Assembly (NCBI GenBank): GCA_039096225.1
Contig: JBBPEB010000005.1
Coordinates: 434,001 to 498,000 of the forward strand
Origin: Blastocystis sp. Blastoise
Lineage: Eukaryota > Protista > Bigyra: Opalinata
Length of the DNA stretch: 64,000 bases
Direction of reading: 5' to 3'
A program made the position numbers and the translations under genes. Below are positions 34,972 through 48,825 of this stretch, one piece after another. The notes beneath the pieces are model-generated. The model was not told the origin of the DNA. It ran no database searches and worked only from the letters and a program-made list of their open reading frames with translations. How positions within the stretch are numbered: the stretch's first letter is position 1; every line of letters starts with the position of its first letter.

Positions 34972-36375
34972 ATGAGTGTAGAAAAAGCAATAATTTCATT
35001 ACCATCAAAACCACAATGTTTTTCTATCAACTCTTCTTCTACTAGTATTATTTGTGGATTAAGTTCACTCGAAGGTAAATTGTGGAATGGTTGTTTAGTG
35101 AATATCGATCTTGTTCATGAAAAACAACTAATATATCAAACTAAATTTGGAATCTCCTCAGTTTTATTTGTTAATAATGATTCTGTACTTGTCTGTGGTG
35201 ATGAAAATGGCTTGATTACCGTATTTTCTTTTAATAATATTCGTAATCTTTCTTATTTCTATTTAAATAACTAGTTTTATGATATATCTGAAGGATTTGA
35301 ACATATAAAAGTAATGTTTCAAAAGGATGAACATGAATCTGAAGTTAATCAACTACTTTTATGTCCATTTGATTCTTCATTACTTCTCTCTTCCTCAACT
35401 GATGGATTCATAAGAATATGGGATCTCCACGAATACACATTACAACGTGTCTGTGAAAGTATTTATTGTCTATTTACTATTATATGATAGCAAATCTTGT
35501 GTTTTATTCTTCATAATAGATATCTCTATATATAGATACTGATTTTTCAACAATAAATGCATGCCTATGGAATAAATCAAGAAGAGAATTCTATTCTATT
35601 TCAAATGTATTCTATTACAATTATTATTTAAAGAATTATTAGATATAAATTTTTTTATAATATTCATTTGAGTATTGTATATTAATGATAGAATATATAG
35701 TGTATATATATATATATATAGGATCGATACTTACGTGTATGGAATATCGATAAAAGTGACTTTATAGAACAATATCATCTTCCTTATACTCCTCTCTCTA
35801 TATATAATACATCCTTAGAAACAGATCTATTCATTATAAGTATATATATATATTATATATTATATATTAATATATATTATATATTAATATATATTATATA
35901 TTAATATATATATATATATATATTAGCAACTGAAGAAGGATTTGTACTATTATTCAATATGAAAACAAAACAATATACATATATCGTATATATTCATATA
36001 TATATTATACTATAACAAACATATATACTAATATCTATTCTGTATTAATCATTTCTATTCTTATATATAGTCATTATCCAAATTACCTATATATTGTTGT
36101 ATCCAATTAAAAGACTCATTATATGCATGTGCGTCAGATGACACAAACATTTATATCCTAGATATCTCGACAAAACAAATAATGTATATCTACTGATATA
36201 TGTATTTTTTATGATCAATATATCAAAAATATTTTATTTTGGTTTCGTAACTTTATATATATATAGAAACATCATTCAAACACATTCAGATTATATTCGA
36301 TGCTTATTAAAAATCAGCGAAAATCAGTTTATTTCAGCATCCTGGGATAGCACTCTTGTTTATCATACTTATTAA
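34972..36375 (+). CDS. WD40 protein, MEP50/WDR77-like
   Basis: CGLSSLEGKLWNG, EHESEV..LLSSSTDGFIRIWD and HSDYIR..SASWDSTLVYH resemble MEP50 N- and C-terminal repeats. Confidence 0.7.
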
Positions 36376-36687
36376 TATGTATATCTCATTATATAATCAT
36401 TTATGAGCATTCTTTTTTTCCCTCCTTTTTTTTTGTTTCTTCTTCTTCTTTATTCATTAGAATAATTCTATTTTTTTCTTCGTATAATGAAGCTTGAAAT
36501 CCTTTATCTTAATTATTATTGGTCCATTTTTAAGTAGAACTGTATACATTTGTAAAACTTGTTGTTTGATTGTTGATAGTCAGTCTATTCCCCCTTTTTC
36601 ATCATACTTTATTAAAACCTGTTTTTTCTTCATTTAGAAATAAAATATATAGAATTAGCATATTTATTTTAAGATTAAATATTTTCA

Positions 36688-37514
36688 ATGAAATTTTTTA
36701 TACTTTTTGCTTTTACTACTTTAGCTTTTAGTCAATGTATATCTCATCATGAAACTATTTTTTTTTTATTTATTATCCCGCTCTATTTAGATTGTGGTAC
36801 TTATGGAGGTGGTTGTAGTCAATGTATAGAACACTATTTAAAAAACGTTATATATCATTTTTATAGCTTCAACACCTACCATGATCTTTCTAGGAGAAGA
36901 AAGTGGTCTTCCAAATACTTATCGTACTAATATGGATTACTTTAGTGCTGAAACTTGTGGAACTGAAAGTCAATATGGTTCTCTTCATTATGAGTAAATA
37001 ATACCACCAAAATAAATATTGTCTATATTATCTATTTTTATATGTAATATAAATGTATTTTTATATAGTATCAAATTTACGTGTTCTGAAGTAGAGGGTA
37101 AAGCTGTTTGTAAGAATGATGGACTTGGTGAAACTCAATTTAAGATGATAAATAATGATAATGCTCAAAAAGCTGGTTTTGTGTGTACTCCTTCTATTCC
37201 TAATGGAAGTAATGTCAATTTTATGTATATAGATACACTTATAATTTGATTTTTTATTAGTATTATTATAAATATATTCATTTTATACTAATTCTTTTGT
37301 TTATTATTTTATGGATGAAACTACTAAATGTATGTATGGAGGCGTGGATGTTCTTCAAGGTATGAGACTTATAGTGGGTTCCATGAGTAAGATTCCTTCA
37401 TTTACTTTAGAAAAAACAGATAATGCTCTTGTTATGACCAGTGGCGCTTCACCATCAACTCTTCCTCGTGTTTCTAAAGAAGGTATTTTATTATTATTAT
37501 TATTATTATTATTA

Positions 37515-37589
<75 letters not shown>

Positions 37590-37629
37590 GGTTGCTCTGG
37601 ATCTCAACCTACTAATGCTCCTTCAGGAA

Positions 37630-37676
<47 letters not shown>

Positions 37677-37823
37677 TAGTTATATAATATTATTTACACA
37701 TATATAGATAATACTGGTCTTATTGTTGGTATTGTTATTGCTGTTGTTGTTGTTATTATAATTATCGTTGTTGTTATTATGATGATGAAGAAGAAGCAAG
37801 CTAAACGTATATCTTATGTTTAA
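36688..37823 (+). CDS. Hypothetical Cys-containing type I surface protein
   Basis: Signal peptide MKFFILFAFTTLAFS, C-terminal TM GLIVGIVIAVVVVIIIIVVVIMMM followed by KKKQAKR; six introns. Confidence 0.75.
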
Positions 37824-38029
37824 ATAATAAATCTAATATTTCTTTATTATGTTTAATTACATATTTGTTATGATGATGATAAGGATATATATTCGTTCAT
37901 TTTTGTGTTGTTTTCTGAATATAAATATATTATAAGTTTTTAAGGAATGTCTTCATATATGAAATTTCAGACACATAGAAGAATAAACATCTTTATTTTT
38001 AATATTATTATATGACTATTTCTATTTAG

Positions 38030-38408
38030 TATATACATATATTACCTCGTCATTACATATCGATAAAGAATGTTATATTACAAGAAGTATTAAGGTATAG
38101 AATAAATATACTAATAAATATAATAATAATAAATATAAATATAGAAATGAGAAAGTGAATAAAGAGAATTTATCAAAGAAATTGCAAATAGATATAAATC
38201 AGACAAAACAGATTTATGATTTTTATATATCAACTTCTTGGGTAAAGACAGATCAATCTATATTAAATAGACAGAAATCATATACATCTTCGTCTTCTGT
38301 TCAGAATATGTTACCCACAAAAGGAATGTCTTCTCCTCCTTTAACAGTTCATACTCAACAAAATAATCATCAAATTATAAAAACAACAAATAATAAGAAA
38401 GAAAAAAT

Positions 38409-38439
<31 letters not shown>

Positions 38440-38577
38440 CTTGAATATCAAAGTAAAAAGAAATATATAGAATCTAATACTTCTAATTCTATTAATAATC
38501 ATATTATTCAATATACATCAAATAATAATAATAATAATAATAATAATTCTATAAATCCATCAACAGCAGCAGTATAA
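38030..38577 (+). pseudogene. 5'-truncated ADA2 copy (part of last exon only), carrying an extra intron 38095-38144
   Basis: Matches the reverse complement of 3557-4057 with S>L and I>L changes and one fewer Asn; no upstream ADA2 exons are found. Confidence 0.85.
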
Positions 38578-38954
38578 TCGATACTTATATTATATATATA
38601 TATTCATATTTCTTCTTCTTCTTATTTTTAAATAAAAGAAAATATATTTATTATTATAAATTTCTCTTTATTTCTTAATATATTTTTTATTTCTATTAAT
38701 AGAAATGAATATTGTTTTGTTATATTTTTATCTTATATCAAAATTTTTTTTCTTATATAATTATAAATTAAAAATAATATTATTGAAATAAATATAATTT
38801 CTTATTTATAAATAAAAAAAATATATTTAAATAAAATAACACAACTATAATAATAATATTATTATTAAATAAAAGAAAATATAATATACATGAAAGAAAA
38901 GATAGAAAAGAATAATAATATTCTTTTTACAAATAAAAATCAAATAATATTAAT

Positions 38955-40899
38955 TTAAATAATATATTTCATACATTCTTGAAGAGTCTAAAAAAATATT
39001 ATTATTATTATTATTATTATATTTATATTTATATACAGTAGATAAATAGAGATTGATTTTTGTAATAAATGATTCTAAAATAGTATTTGCTTGATTATTC
39101 TTTTGTTGACATATATATTGATTACATGAAAGAAAGAAATTCACATATAAAGTATTAGTTTTATCATAAGGAATAAGAATAGAACGTAATGAATTAAATG
39201 TTTTTAAAGTCATCGATAGATTAGTAGTTATTCGTGTGAAACATAAACCTAAAGTTGACATATTTTTCATTATTGTTTTTATTAATTCATTTCGAAGTTT
39301 ATTACTGTCAGTATCATTCAATAAATCTTTATTTGTACATGTAGTATTAAATATATTCATAAATATATCTTCAATATTATATAATTCTTTTTCTTCTATT
39401 TTATTATTAATCTTTTGAATTCCTTCTTTTGTATCTTCTAATATTTGTTTTATAGAATCACGACTCTTATCAATATAACCTTTAAAAGTATTTGTAATAA
39501 ATGATGAATATTGTTGAATAAAATCAGGAGAAAGAGATTGATACAGACCATGATCTAATAATACTAATTCAGTATGATTATTCTTTTCACGTATTAATAT
39601 ATTTCCCATATGTGGATCTGCATGAACATATTTATATTTAAAAATCATATCATTATAGAAAGAAACAAACGAAGATAAAACAGAAGACATATTTATCTTT
39701 TTATTTTGTATAGTTTGAGAATCTCCAATAGATATACCTTCTTCATAAGACATACATATAATTCGTTTTGAACAATAATCACGATATACTGTAGGAATCA
39801 CTATATTTTTATAAGGTTTTGCCATTTGTCGACATATTTCCATATTTTCAATTTCTTTTGAAAAATCTAATTCTTTATTTAATGTTTCTGAAAGTTCCTG
39901 AATCTTCCAATAACAACTAAAAGAAGGAAATAAACGACTAATACTTTTAGTAATCAATTTTAATAAAAATAAATCTATTTTTGTTGTTTCTTCTATTCTA
40001 GGATGTTGAATTTTAATAGCAACAGTTTCACCACTTTTAAGTACTGCTTTATATACTTGTGAAATAGATGCTGTAGCTATAGGTTGTGGATCAAATGATT
40101 TAAATAAATCTTTTGGATTCTGATGAATATCTTCTTCTACTATTCTATAGATCTTCTTTATAGAATAAGAAGAAGAAGAACAATTAGAAGAAGAAGAAGA
40201 AAGAAAACAAGGTTTCATATTATTAATATATTCAGGAGGAAATACAGATGGCATAATACTTATACTCTATAATATAATATATTATTATTATTATTATTAT
40301 TAATTACTTGTCCTAATTTCGCATATAATCCTTTATTCTTTAATAAAATACTACATAATCGTCTACTTTCTCTTTCATTCAATCGATGTTCTATCTCTTC
40401 AATATTATCTGAAGTATTAAGATATTTACATAGAGGTATATATGCATAATAAGTCCATATATAATCTCCACATAAAATTGGACTATATATTCCTACTCGA
40501 GAAAAACGAACTATACTCTTTCCTAAGGATTTATAATCTATTATAAATGGAATCTTTATAATTTTCTTCGTTTGTTCTTTTAAACATCTTAAATAATTCA
40601 TTATTGAAAAACTATATTTTTCATTCCTATTCTTTATCCAAATAGGATATCTTTCTTTACATATTGGTATATTATTTAAATGATGAATCTCATAATTATG
40701 AAGTGTCTTCCAAGAATGAACACTATATATTCATTTATTTATACATATTATATCATTATATGAATCATATACATAGGATAACTTAAAAATGTACTCGTTC
40801 CAATACCAATTAGAACTGATTTCTTTATTGATCGTTTTGTAATAGTCTATTTATTATTATTAACAAAGAATCATCAATATATACTTTTAATATATTCAT
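38955..40899 (-). CDS. ABC1/UbiB (ADCK1/5-like) kinase, copy 2
   Basis: Same protein as copy 1 after splicing; has intron 40267-40307 and lacks two introns of copy 1. Confidence 0.9.
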
Positions 40900-41611
40900 A
40901 TATTTTTATTTATTATATTATTTTAATATCTATATATACTCAATAGAGAGTATATTTAATAATATATATATACTTTTTTTAAATATATATAATAGAAATA
41001 TTTATGGGGAAAAAGATTCGTTGTTCTTTTTTTTATGCTATTCTATTTATCTGAAAGAAAAAACGAATTATTGAGAAGAATATTCGATATATATTATATT
41101 CTAATTCATTATATTATAATTCTTATTTTACTTTTCTTTTTTTAATATATATTTATAAAAAAAGAAAATAAAGACAGTTTCTTTAAAGAATAATGAATAG
41201 AAATCAGTTTAATCTGATATAATCTGAATATTAATAAAGTTTCTTTATCAATCAAAATATCAAATTGTTAAGAAAATCAAAAGAAAAAGTCAAAGAATAA
41301 TATATAGAAAAATGATTAAAGAAAAGAAAAAGAGAAATGAAGAGAAACCATTGTTGTTCTTTGTTCTCAATCACGATTTATTTATTCTTTATACTCTAAT
41401 AATTAATATTTTCAAGAATTATCAAATTCTTTGGAATATTCTAGTTTTTCTTTTTTTTCTTTTTTAAACAAACAATTATTATTCACAAAAGAATTCAAAA
41501 AATTGACTATATTCTTATCAATATTCATGTTTTTTATTTCTTTCATTCAATTTTTATAATCTCTTATTTCATTATTTATTTATTTATTCATTTATTCATT
41601 TTTATTTATTT

Positions 41612-41895
41612 ATGAATAATTTACTTCGTAGTTCTAGAAATCTTATTAAATTATCAAAACCTTGTCTTTCATTATTCACGTCAACAATAAATACAAGAAG
41701 TTTTGTTGTTAATCCAAGTTATTTAGTATCATATAATAATAAGAAAACGTACAATAATGTATATTTCTATTTTATTTAAATAATTATAAATTGTTATTTT
41801 ATTCATTAGGTTATTCCTATATTATTTGTTTCTTCTTATCATTCTACATCAACACCATTGGCAAAAGATTATTATTCTGTATTTAAATTTATTTT

Positions 41896-41926
<31 letters not shown>

Positions 41927-43429
41927 TTATATTTATTTATTATATTATATATTTAATTGTTATATAAATATATAGATATTAGGTGTTTCTCGTGATGCAA
42001 CAAAAGCTCAAATAAAAAAGAAATATTTTGAATTAGCAAAGAAATATCATCCTGATACAAATAAAGTAATTTAATTTAATTTAATTTTTTTTTTTTTTTG
42101 TAAATTAAATAATATTATATTAATTATATTATAATAGGATCCTGATGCAAAACAGAAATTTGTAGATGTTAGTGAAGCTTATGAAATATTAGGAAATGAA
42201 GAGAAACGTAAGAAATATGATACTTTTGGAACAACTGAAGAGAATCCTAATTTTACTGCTTCTAATGTCGATATGGATGTATATAATATATAATATAGTA
42301 TATAGTATAGTATAATATATACTCTATAGGAATTATTACGTCATTTTAGTAGTATGTTTAATGGTGAGTTTAGTCATCGTGGAAGTCGATATGGATCGAA
42401 TCGTGGAATGAATACAGTATATGAATCTCAAGAAGGAGAAGATATACAATTAAATATACGTATTCCATTCTTAGAAAGTGTTCATGGATGTCAAAAAGAT
42501 ATACAATATTCTAAATTAGTAGCTTGTCCTCATTGTAATTCAACAGGTCATGAACCAGGAAGTAAACAATCTCAATGTCCACAATGTCGAGGAACAGGAT
42601 ATACTACTATTAATAATCCCTTTATGGGTATGATGCAAACTACTTGTCCTCAATGTGGAGGAAAAGGATCTATTTTTAAAGATATATGTAAGATATGTCA
42701 AGGAACAGGTCAAGTATATATATATGATATACTATATAATATATACTATATAATATATAATATATAATATATAATATATAATATATATATATAGTCTACA
42801 AAGAATACAACATTATCTGTAAGTATTCCTTCAGGTGTAGAAAATGGAGAACGTATTCGATTAATAGGACAAGGAAATATAGGTATATTAGGAGGACCTA
42901 AAGGACATTTATATTTACATATACAAGTATATATATAGTATATTATATAATAATAATAATAATAATAATAATATATAATATATAGACTATTCCTGATCCA
43001 TTCTTTTCAAGAGAAGGAAATAATATTATTTGTTCAGTTCCTTTAAGTTTATCTGAAGCTGTCTTAGGTACTCATATTCAAGTACCTACTATTAAAGGAC
43101 AAGTAGAAGTTAAAGTACCTCAAGGTACACAATGTAATACTAAATTAAGATTAAGAGGACAAGGTATATATAATAGTAAAACAAAACAACAAGGAGATCA
43201 AATACTTCAATTTAATGTTAAAATACCAAAGTATATATATATATTATTATATTTTTATTTATATTTATTATATTTCTATATTAGATCTTTAACTACTCGT
43301 CAACAAGAACTAATGACTGAATTTGCTAAAGAAGAAGGAAAAACTATATTTATACGTCCAAAAAATCATTTTGAAGATACATTACGTAGAATTAAAGATC
43401 ATCTTAATAAAAAAATCAATAAATTATAA
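41612..43429 (+). CDS. Mitochondrial-type class A DnaJ (Mdj1/Tid1-like)
   Basis: Presequence-like N-terminus, J domain with AKKYHPD, four CxxCxGxG-type repeats, C-terminal DnaJ_C domain. Confidence 0.93.
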
Positions 43430-43713
43430 TTTATTCTTTCTTTTAATATTATTTATTATTGGGTTTATATGTTAATTACTTTTTTCTTTAATAATCATTT
43501 TATTTATATAACAAAACAACTAATATTTATTTTATATATTTTTATAAAAAAACATTAAAGAAACATTTAATAATTATATTATATAATCTATATATATATT
43601 ATATTATTATTCATTTATATATTTATATGCATACAATAGCAACAATAAAAAAAAAATTAAACTAGATTATCTATATTAAAAATATAAGAAAAAATAAAGA
43701 AAAGAATTTTCTT

Positions 43714-46700
43714 TTAAACTTTAACAGTCTTAGCAGCATTATTATCACCTTTCTTACTAGCAGACTTTCCTTTAGTAGAAATCTTCTTATCAAGATTAGA
43801 ATGTCCTTTATTCTTACGTGATTTAGTTCTATTAAGAATACAAAGAATAACAACACCAAGAATAATAACAGCTAAAATACCAATAATAATCCAAGCATAG
43901 ATAGGAAGACCAGGTTTCTCAGTAGAGGAAATATAGACTTCAGTATTAGTAGAACCAGCAGTATTTGTACAAGTAATAACAAAAGTAGTAGAAGCAAAGA
44001 TTTCACTAGCAGTACCTGAAATAGTACCAGTAGCACTATCAAGAGAAATACCATTAGGTAAAGTAGCATCAGCAGAACAAGTATATTCAGCAGCAGATAC
44101 TTGAGGAACATAAGAGAAAGCAACACCTTTATATACATTCATCATCTTTGTACTATAACGAATTCTTTGAGGAGTCATTACTGTACAATATTTCTCTTCA
44201 CTTCCTTTTACACTATTAGTACATAAAGCTTGTATTCTACCTTGATAATAACTAGGACAATTCTTATAAGCATAATCACCATTTAAAGCACCACCCCATC
44301 CATTAGCTTCATCAGGTTGACAAGCAGCTGTAATTCTCTTTGTATATAAACCTAATTCTGCTATTTGGAAACCTTGACCAGCACTAGTAACATCACATGT
44401 AGTACCTTCATAAGAAGTTGATGATGAAATAGCACTATTTGTACAACCAGTTACTTTCATTCTATAAGAATTATATACTTTATTATTAAAGAAATCAACA
44501 CTATAACTTTCACTATAAGAAGTAAATTTCTTTGTTTCTACTCTATTTAATGTTGACCAATTTACACCATCATTAGAACCTTGGAATTCCCAATCAGAAG
44601 GATGTCTTGTATTACATTTAGGACCAGTAACTACAGTATAAGATGAAATATATTCTTTTCTATCATTATTATAAGTCCAAGTAGGAGTAGCACCAGAACA
44701 ACGAGGAAGAGAAGATACATATACTGAACCTAAAATATTATCAAAAGCATTAGTTACTAAACTATCATCACTTGTATTATCACTAGAACCAACACCATCA
44801 ATTACTCTATAACTATTCTCAGCAGTTACTAATAAATTAGCATCAAAATCTATAACAGTACTTGTACTACTAGCAGTTCTATGAACTTCTATAGCTAAAA
44901 CATTATTACCATTTATTATATTACCAAAGGAAATTGACATAGATGAACCAACATAACTTGATTCACTCTTCTCAGAAGAAGCATAAGTATTATAAGAAAC
45001 AGTACCTGTTGGCATATTATATCTATATTGTTCTTCACCATTTATATATACTACAATACCATATTTTGTTTTTATATTAAATACAGCAGAAGCATAACTA
45101 TCAAGTGAACTAATTGTAAAAGTCTTTCTAAAATATTGAGTATTACCTACAGCAGATTCAAAAGCAGAAGGCATAGCTTGTTTCCATGTAGTATCAGAGA
45201 AACTAACAGTATTCCAACCAGAACCAGCAGCAGATCCACTATTAAGATATTTCCATTCGGTATTAACAGGAGGAATAACATAACCAACGGAAATAGGGAA
45301 AGTCTTTTCAGATTCACCATTACCAAGAGAACCACCAAGAATAAGAGAATTATCTTCTAAAAGAATTCTGAAATAACCAGTATCCCAACCATCACCACCA
45401 CTATCAGTAACCTTTAATGAATATACATCAGCATCTTCACAGAAAGGGAAATAACTATCTTGACCATTAGTAAAACCAGTCTTAGTCATTAATTGAACAC
45501 CATTCTTATTATATAAAGTAAATCCTTGTTCATTACCAGCAGTACCAGAATGAATTAAAACACTAAAGAGAATCTTAGGAGCTTGACATAAAGAAACAGA
45601 AAGAGTTATCATAGCTGTTCCTTGCATACCTAATGGATCATAAGCAGTTATTACATAAGTACTAGAAGGAATAACAGTATTAGGAGTACCACGAATAGAA
45701 CCAGTAGATGTATCAATTTCTAATGGAAGAGAAAGAGCAGGACGTATACCAAAATTACCCCAAAGAGAAGAAGAAGGAGTTACTTCAGGGAATGGAACAC
45801 CTACATAACCAGTAAATGTAGTAGAAGAAAAAGAAAGAGCAGGAACTTGAATAGTATTTAAATTTATAGCACTTAATGTCATTTCAGCTATAGCAAATTC
45901 ATAAGGATCAGCAGAAGGAACAGCAGGTTCAGTAAATAAAAATTTATATTGATTCCAAGAATCAGCATTTTCTGGTAAATAAAAACATCTTTCAGTCTTT
46001 CTATCAGAAAAATAAGCATTTGTAACATTACCTAATAATGTCCAACTAACACCTACATCATTACTACCATAAACAGCCCAATCAGAAGGATCTTTAGCAT
46101 ATACTAAAGAAGAAGAAACAACACAATATTTATTTACAAATTCAGCTCTTCCAGTAGCATAAGCAAAAGTAACAGAAGCAGAAGCAAGAGAAGCAGGAGC
46201 TACTTTCCAATAAGTACTATAATCCATATCTATTAAATTACTAACACTATAAGAACCAGAAGGACTATCACTTAAAGTTAAACCCCAATTTCTACCTAAT
46301 TTATTTGGTCGAATTAATTGAATAGAAGCATCAAATAATAATGTAGTAGGATTATTACCAGCTAAATTAACTATACCAATAGCTAAAATATTAGATCCTT
46401 CAACGAGATTTGTTGCAGCAATTGTAATATAACGGAATGTAGAAGTAGCATCACCACCAGTAGCAGTTGTTGTTGTAGTAATATCAGAAGAAGGAAGATT
46501 CTTAGAATATACAAGATAATCATTTACATATATCTTATAACCAGCTCTTGCTTTAACACGAACTTCAGCTGAAGTACAAGCACTAAGTGAACTTACACTA
46601 AATGTATGTCTAAATAACCAAATAGTTGAAGTAGCTGTAGGAGGAGAAGCAATAGGGAAACTAGAAAATCCTGTTCCAGAACTAAGTTGACTATACCATT

Positions 46701-48825
46701 GAGAAGGAACACTTCCTTGAATATAAGTCCATGAAGTAGAAGCAGGAGGAACAACATAACTCATATCAAATGTATAAGTATTATCAACAGATTTATATTC
46801 ATAAAGAGCACCAGCTGTATAATAACTACCTTCATAATCAAAATATTCTATATATAACATAGCACCACTTGACCAACCATCACCATAACTATCAGCTACT
46901 GTAATATCATATACAGCAGCAGGAAGACATACAATAAAACTTTGTTCAGAATTACTAGTTAGAGTAGGAGAAGTATATACAGTAGTACCAGCACTATTCT
47001 TAACTACCCAAGATTCTTCAGTAGCATAGTTTGTACTTACTTTTCTAAAACGAACTTGAATTGAAGAAGGAGCACCACAAGAATTAAAAGTAAAAGTAAT
47101 AGCAAAAGTAGATGTTTCAGAAGTACCATATTTAACAGCACTAATAGTATAAGTTCCAGTACCAGCTGCTGTAGCCATACCAGAAATTACACCAGTAGTA
47201 GCAGAAAGAGAAAGACCAGTAGGTAAAGCAGGAGAAACAGTATAAGTAATATAAGCATTTGATATAGGAGCAATAGAAAGAGTATCAATATTAGCATAAT
47301 AAGAATAAGAATTTTGTTCATATTGTAAACCAGTAAGTAAAGAAGCATAATTACAATTAAGAATATCAAAACGACCAACAGCTAATTTACCTGAAACAGT
47401 ACTAGTTAATACTTCAAGTTTCCAATAACCATAAGATTTCTCATTAGAACGAAGATAAAACTGTTTAGCTTCACGAGTAGTACTAAAGATAATATTTTCT
47501 CTAGTATCTAAGAAATCCCAAGTATTACCATCTTGAGAACCATATACTTTCCAACTAGAAGGATGGCCATAACTAGTAGTACCAGCAGATACTATCATAT
47601 AAGAATTAGCCCAAACTGATTTACCATTATTAAAAGTAAAAGTAAAAGTAACAGCACTACCACCAGTAGTATAATAATAAGAACCACTATCACCATCAAA
47701 TACTTTATTAGGACCATAAGAAGAAGCAGAAGCACTGTCAACAGAAGCAGTAGCTACACCATTTCTAAATAAATTTGAAGAGCATTCTCCAATAGTAGTA
47801 GGACTACTAAGTACAGCACCAAAATCAAAGATATCATTACCAGTAGCACCAGCAGTATATTGATGAATTTCAATAGCAATAGTATAACTGCCACTTGTAG
47901 GAAGTAAGAATTTATTATAAGAGAATACTTTATTTACAATTGTACTATCAGTAACAGAAGTAGAAACAGTTTGACCTGTTAAAGTACCAGTAGGAAGTTT
48001 ATATCTATAAACTTCAACACCTTGAATATATACAGCAACACCTTCACCAGTTTTAACACTATTCATAATAGAAGCAAAAGAATCACGACTACTAATAGTT
48101 CTTGTAGTACGATAATAACGAGTAGTAGCAGTAAAAGCAGGGAATGAAGCACCAGTAGCAGTTGACCAACTACTATCTGAATAAGTAGAAGCAGCCCAAC
48201 CAGTACCTGATTGACTTACATCAGAATATTTCCATGAACCACCAAAAGGAACATCAAGAGTAGCTATAGAATAAAAATAAATAATATTATATATATGCAT
48301 CATAATTAAATTAATATGTATTATATATATGTATTGTAATTAAATTAATATATAGTATATATATGTATCATAATTATTTATATACGAGTAAAAGTCTTTG
48401 TATCAGTCTTATAAGATTGACCAGATTGATAAGGCATCGTAAATCTTCCAATTTCAAGACCACCCATACTTACAGTCATATATGTTGTATAATATGAACT
48501 ACCCCAACCATCACCATAACTATCTTTAAGAGCAAGAGTATGAAGACCAGAAGTAGAACAAACAGTCCAAGTTTGATCAGTATAACCATCAGAAGAAGTA
48601 GCAGTGACACCTAAGAGTTTAGTACCAGTATCAACAGCACCATTCCATAGATCGAAAGATTCTTCACCTGCATAAATTGTATAATGCTTAAATATAGTTA
48701 ATTCAATCTCATTGCTCTCACAAGCAAAACCTATATATAAATAAATGCTAAAATAATATGAATTTATAAAAAGAATGAATCATACTTGAAATAATCAAAA
48801 GAGCTAAGAATAATAAGTATTTCAT
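43714..48825 (-). CDS. Giant type I surface protein with repeated galactose-binding/discoidin-like and putative Ig (He_PIG-like) domains
   Basis: Signal MKYLLFLALLIISS; DSYGDGW motifs, P.xW...GS.DG..W..L repeats, LPTGLSLSATTGVISG and LPNGISLDSATGTISGT Ig-like repeats; C-terminal TM plus basic tail. Confidence 0.85.

Larger units (their letters stand above)
38030..40987 (-). repeat. Right arm of inverted segmental duplication
   Basis: Reverse complement of 1095-4057. Confidence 0.97.

Noticed and set aside
38030-40987. Processed retrocopy of ABC1
   Set aside because: Retains shared introns, has introns that copy 1 lacks, includes intergenic DNA and part of the opposite-strand gene, and has no poly(A) tail.
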